DNA from: Methanomicrobia archaeon
GTDB taxonomy: Archaea; Halobacteriota; Bog-38; Methanoflorentales; Methanoflorentaceae
Assembly: GCA_015661395.1 (NCBI GenBank)
Contig: JACWML010000010.1
Span: 2,499 to 66,498, forward strand
Direction: 5' to 3'
DNA: 64,000 nt
Under the pieces are notes generated by a model. The model was given only the letters and a program-made list of their open reading frames with translations, had not been told where the DNA came from and did not search any database. A program made the translations under genes and the position numbers. Positions 61,721 to 64,000 of this stretch are shown here, piece after piece (position 1 is the first letter of the stretch; the number at the start of each line of letters is the position of its first letter).

Positions 61721-62679
61721 TGGAAGACGTGATAGGAGTACACGAGCTTACGAAGAAGTTCGGCGACTTTGTTGCGGTTGACCACATCAACTTCACAGTC
61801 AAGAGAGGTGAAATATTCGGGTTCCTCGGTCCAAACGGAGCTGGAAAATCAACGGCCATAAAGATGCTGACAACACTGCTGCATCCGACTTCAGGTTCCG
61901 CCGAGATCTGTGGGTACGACGTGGTCAAAGATAGTGACGAAGTCAGAAGGCATATCGGAATTGTTTTCCAAGACCGGTCCAGCGATGACTATCTAACGGG
62001 CAGACAGAACCTTGATTTTCATGCACGAATGTACGAAATGAGCGGGGAGGAAAGGGAGAGCAAGATAGAGGAGGTCCTCGATTTGCTTGAGCTGAAAGGA
62101 AAAGAGAACATCAAGCTTCACAATTTGCCAGAAGGCGTTCGTCGACGATTTGAAGTGGCAAGAGGCTTCATGACTCGTCCGGACGTCGTGTTCCTCGACG
62201 AACCTACCATAGGATTTGATATAAAGGCGAGGATGGATTTATGGAACCAGATAAAGACGGCGAGGGAGATCGAGGGAGTAACCGTTTCGCTCACGACGCA
62301 TTTTATCGAGGAGGCGAACTATCTCTGTGATCGCGTGGCTATCATCGACAAGGCAAAGATAATAGCGCTGGATACGCCTCAGAAGCTGAAGGAGGCGGTA
62401 GGGTCCGATTTAATCTCACTTCAAATTGCTGACGGAGGAGAGAAGAGGGCTACGTTCATGGAGAAGGTAAACGAGCTTGACTGGATAACGCGTGTTGAGG
62501 AATACAGCAATTCGATTTTGTTAAATGCGGAAAGCGGTGAGGGAAGGGTGGCTGACCTCATAGATTTTGCGGATACGCATGGATTTGTCATTACATCTAT
62601 AGATGAGCGTGAACCGAGCCTCGAGGACGTCTTTTTGTACTTCACCGGCAGGACGATACGAGAGGCTGAAGGTGGGTAG
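61717..62679 (+). CDS. ABC exporter ATP-binding protein with degenerate signature motif
   Basis: GPNGAGKST, LDEPT; signature reads LPEGVRRR. Confidence 0.92.
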   Translation: MMEDVIGVHELTKKFGDFVAVDHINFTVKRGEIFGFLGPNGAGKSTAIKMLTTLLHPTSGSAEICGYDVVKDSDEVRRHIGIVFQDRSSDDYLTGRQNLDFHARMYEMSGEERESKIEEVLDLLELKGKENIKLHNLPEGVRRRFEVARGFMTRPDVVFLDEPTIGFDIKARMDLWNQIKTAREIEGVTVSLTTHFIEEANYLCDRVAIIDKAKIIALDTPQKLKEAVGSDLISLQIADGGEKRATFMEKVNELDWITRVEEYSNSILLNAESGEGRVADLIDFADTHGFVITSIDEREPSLEDVFLYFTGRTIREAEGG

Positions 62680-62714
62680 ATGAGATTGGAACGAAACGCG
62701 GGCGGGATGGTAAA

Positions 62715-63542
62715 ATGGAAGTGCAAGAAGTAACTCACAAACCCCTATTTGAGGGCGAGCCAATTTACAGCATGTGGTTGCGGGAATTGATACGATTCTC
62801 CGCCATGCGATCGCGAATCCTCGCGACATTCGCCTCGCCGTTGATCTGGCTTCTTTTTTTAGGTATTCCATTGAGTCAGATCTTTGCAAGTGGAGGAGCA
62901 AGCCAGAGTGTGCCTGGGGGATTGCCCTTCTTCGCGTTCATCGTTCCAGGAATTGTCAGCATGGGCTTGCTATTCGGGGGTACGAATAGTGGTGTCACCG
63001 TCCTCTGGGACAAGGAGTTCGGGTTCCTAAAGGAGGTGATGGTCGCTCCTGTGCGGCGCACATCGCTCATGATAGGCAGGAGCTTAGGAGCGCTGACGAT
63101 CGCACTCATTCAAGCTCTGGCCACGATAGGAATTGCTCTTATCCTCGGCACATGGCTTGGTTTCAGAATCATTAGCGTTGCTGGTTTCTTCTTGGCGATG
63201 GGCTTCATGATTATTACCTTCTTTGCTTTCGTTGGTTTCGGCTTGACGCTGGGCGCCTTGATCGAGAATACTGAGGGATTCATGACAATTGTGCGCATGT
63301 TAGAGTTTCCGATGTTTTTCCTGTCTGGTGCCTTATTGCCACTTACAGTGATTAAGGGCATTCCTGTTTTGTATCAGCTACAATTCATCAACCCCCTTAC
63401 GTATGGCGTTGACGGGGTACGGGGGCTTCTCACCGGCGTATTCCTCCTTCCGGCATGGCTTGATCTAACTGTCATTGTCGCTTTCGCACTGCTATTCCTT
63501 TTCCTAGGTGCCTATGCATTTTCTAGGATGGAAGTTGACTAA
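62715..63542 (+). CDS. ABC-2 type permease
   Basis: WDKEFGFLKEVMVAPV, FFLSGA, NPLTYGVD. Confidence 0.93.
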   Translation: MEVQEVTHKPLFEGEPIYSMWLRELIRFSAMRSRILATFASPLIWLLFLGIPLSQIFASGGASQSVPGGLPFFAFIVPGIVSMGLLFGGTNSGVTVLWDKEFGFLKEVMVAPVRRTSLMIGRSLGALTIALIQALATIGIALILGTWLGFRIISVAGFFLAMGFMIITFFAFVGFGLTLGALIENTEGFMTIVRMLEFPMFFLSGALLPLTVIKGIPVLYQLQFINPLTYGVDGVRGLLTGVFLLPAWLDLTVIVAFALLFLFLGAYAFSRMEVD

Positions 63543-63658
63543 GTGTAGCCTTAACCCGGTAGAAAGAGGGGCAAAGAATAATCCCCAATGAATTGACGAA
63601 GCCAAGAATGGTAGTGCCGTTAGAGCGTAATCCGCTTAACGCAAAAAATGAGTATGGA

Positions 63659-63908
63659 TTAATAAACAAGCGTAGCGCTCTGCCGCTCAATAGCAGCAGC
63701 AGCCTCGCTGTTTTCGTCTCCTACCCGTGATGACACGGTCTTTATCAAAGCCGTCATCACCGAGCCTTTCAATCCCCCGGTGTTCGGTAATGGCCTCTCG
63801 GTCAGGCTCCTCAACGGCGTACTTGTCGAGGATGAAATCCCACTTGTACGATTCGTTCGGCAGGATAAATGACTCGAGGGGTTTCTCCGTTTTCCTTTTT
63901 GCGTGCAT
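63659..63908 (-). pseudogene. Small hypothetical gene, possibly frameshifted near 63785
   Basis: GGAGGTGA upstream of ATG 63908; protein-like sequence appears to switch to the 63659..63967 frame. Confidence 0.3.
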
Positions 63909-64000
63909 CTTTTTCTCTCACCTCCATAGCCAAGAGAGGCGGATGACCTAGTCAACGCATCCTTCATACTCTATAGAGAACTCCGGAGTGGCGTCCTTCG

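Overview
Archaeal chromosomal segment, most consistent with a Methanomicrobia/Halobacteriota-type euryarchaeon. This is inferred from rpl40e next to a group II GGGP synthase, an MTH865-like protein, FmdE and a PGF-CTERM protein. Left end: the 3' end of a native A-type ATPase atpD faces, tail-to-tail, a complete second V/A-type ATPase operon (H-I-K-E-C-F-A-B-D, minus strand), followed by housekeeping genes (tsr3, rpl40e, GGGPS, topA, gatB). The middle (about 17-50 kb) is accessory: ABC exporters, redox genes, small unannotated proteins and a dense cluster of broken genes (catalase, PAS/GAF histidine kinase, membrane HTH regulator, ICMT-like methyltransferase). Right end: an intact trpEGDCFBA operon, Hsp20 and a MarR-ABC cassette. 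The strongest novelty candidate is a co-oriented locus at 45.3-49.2 kb. It contains a stand-alone terminase-large-subunit nuclease-like gene, a Nudix hydrolase and an intact 861-aa protein that fuses a RelA/SpoT alarmone-synthetase domain, TPR repeats, a TRPM/LSDAT-type SLOG domain and a ryanodine-receptor (RyR) repeat. This may be a nucleotide second-messenger, toxin-antitoxin or antiviral system in an archaeon. All domain calls come from motif recognition by eye; no searches were run. No rRNA, tRNA, CRISPR array or transposase was recognised.
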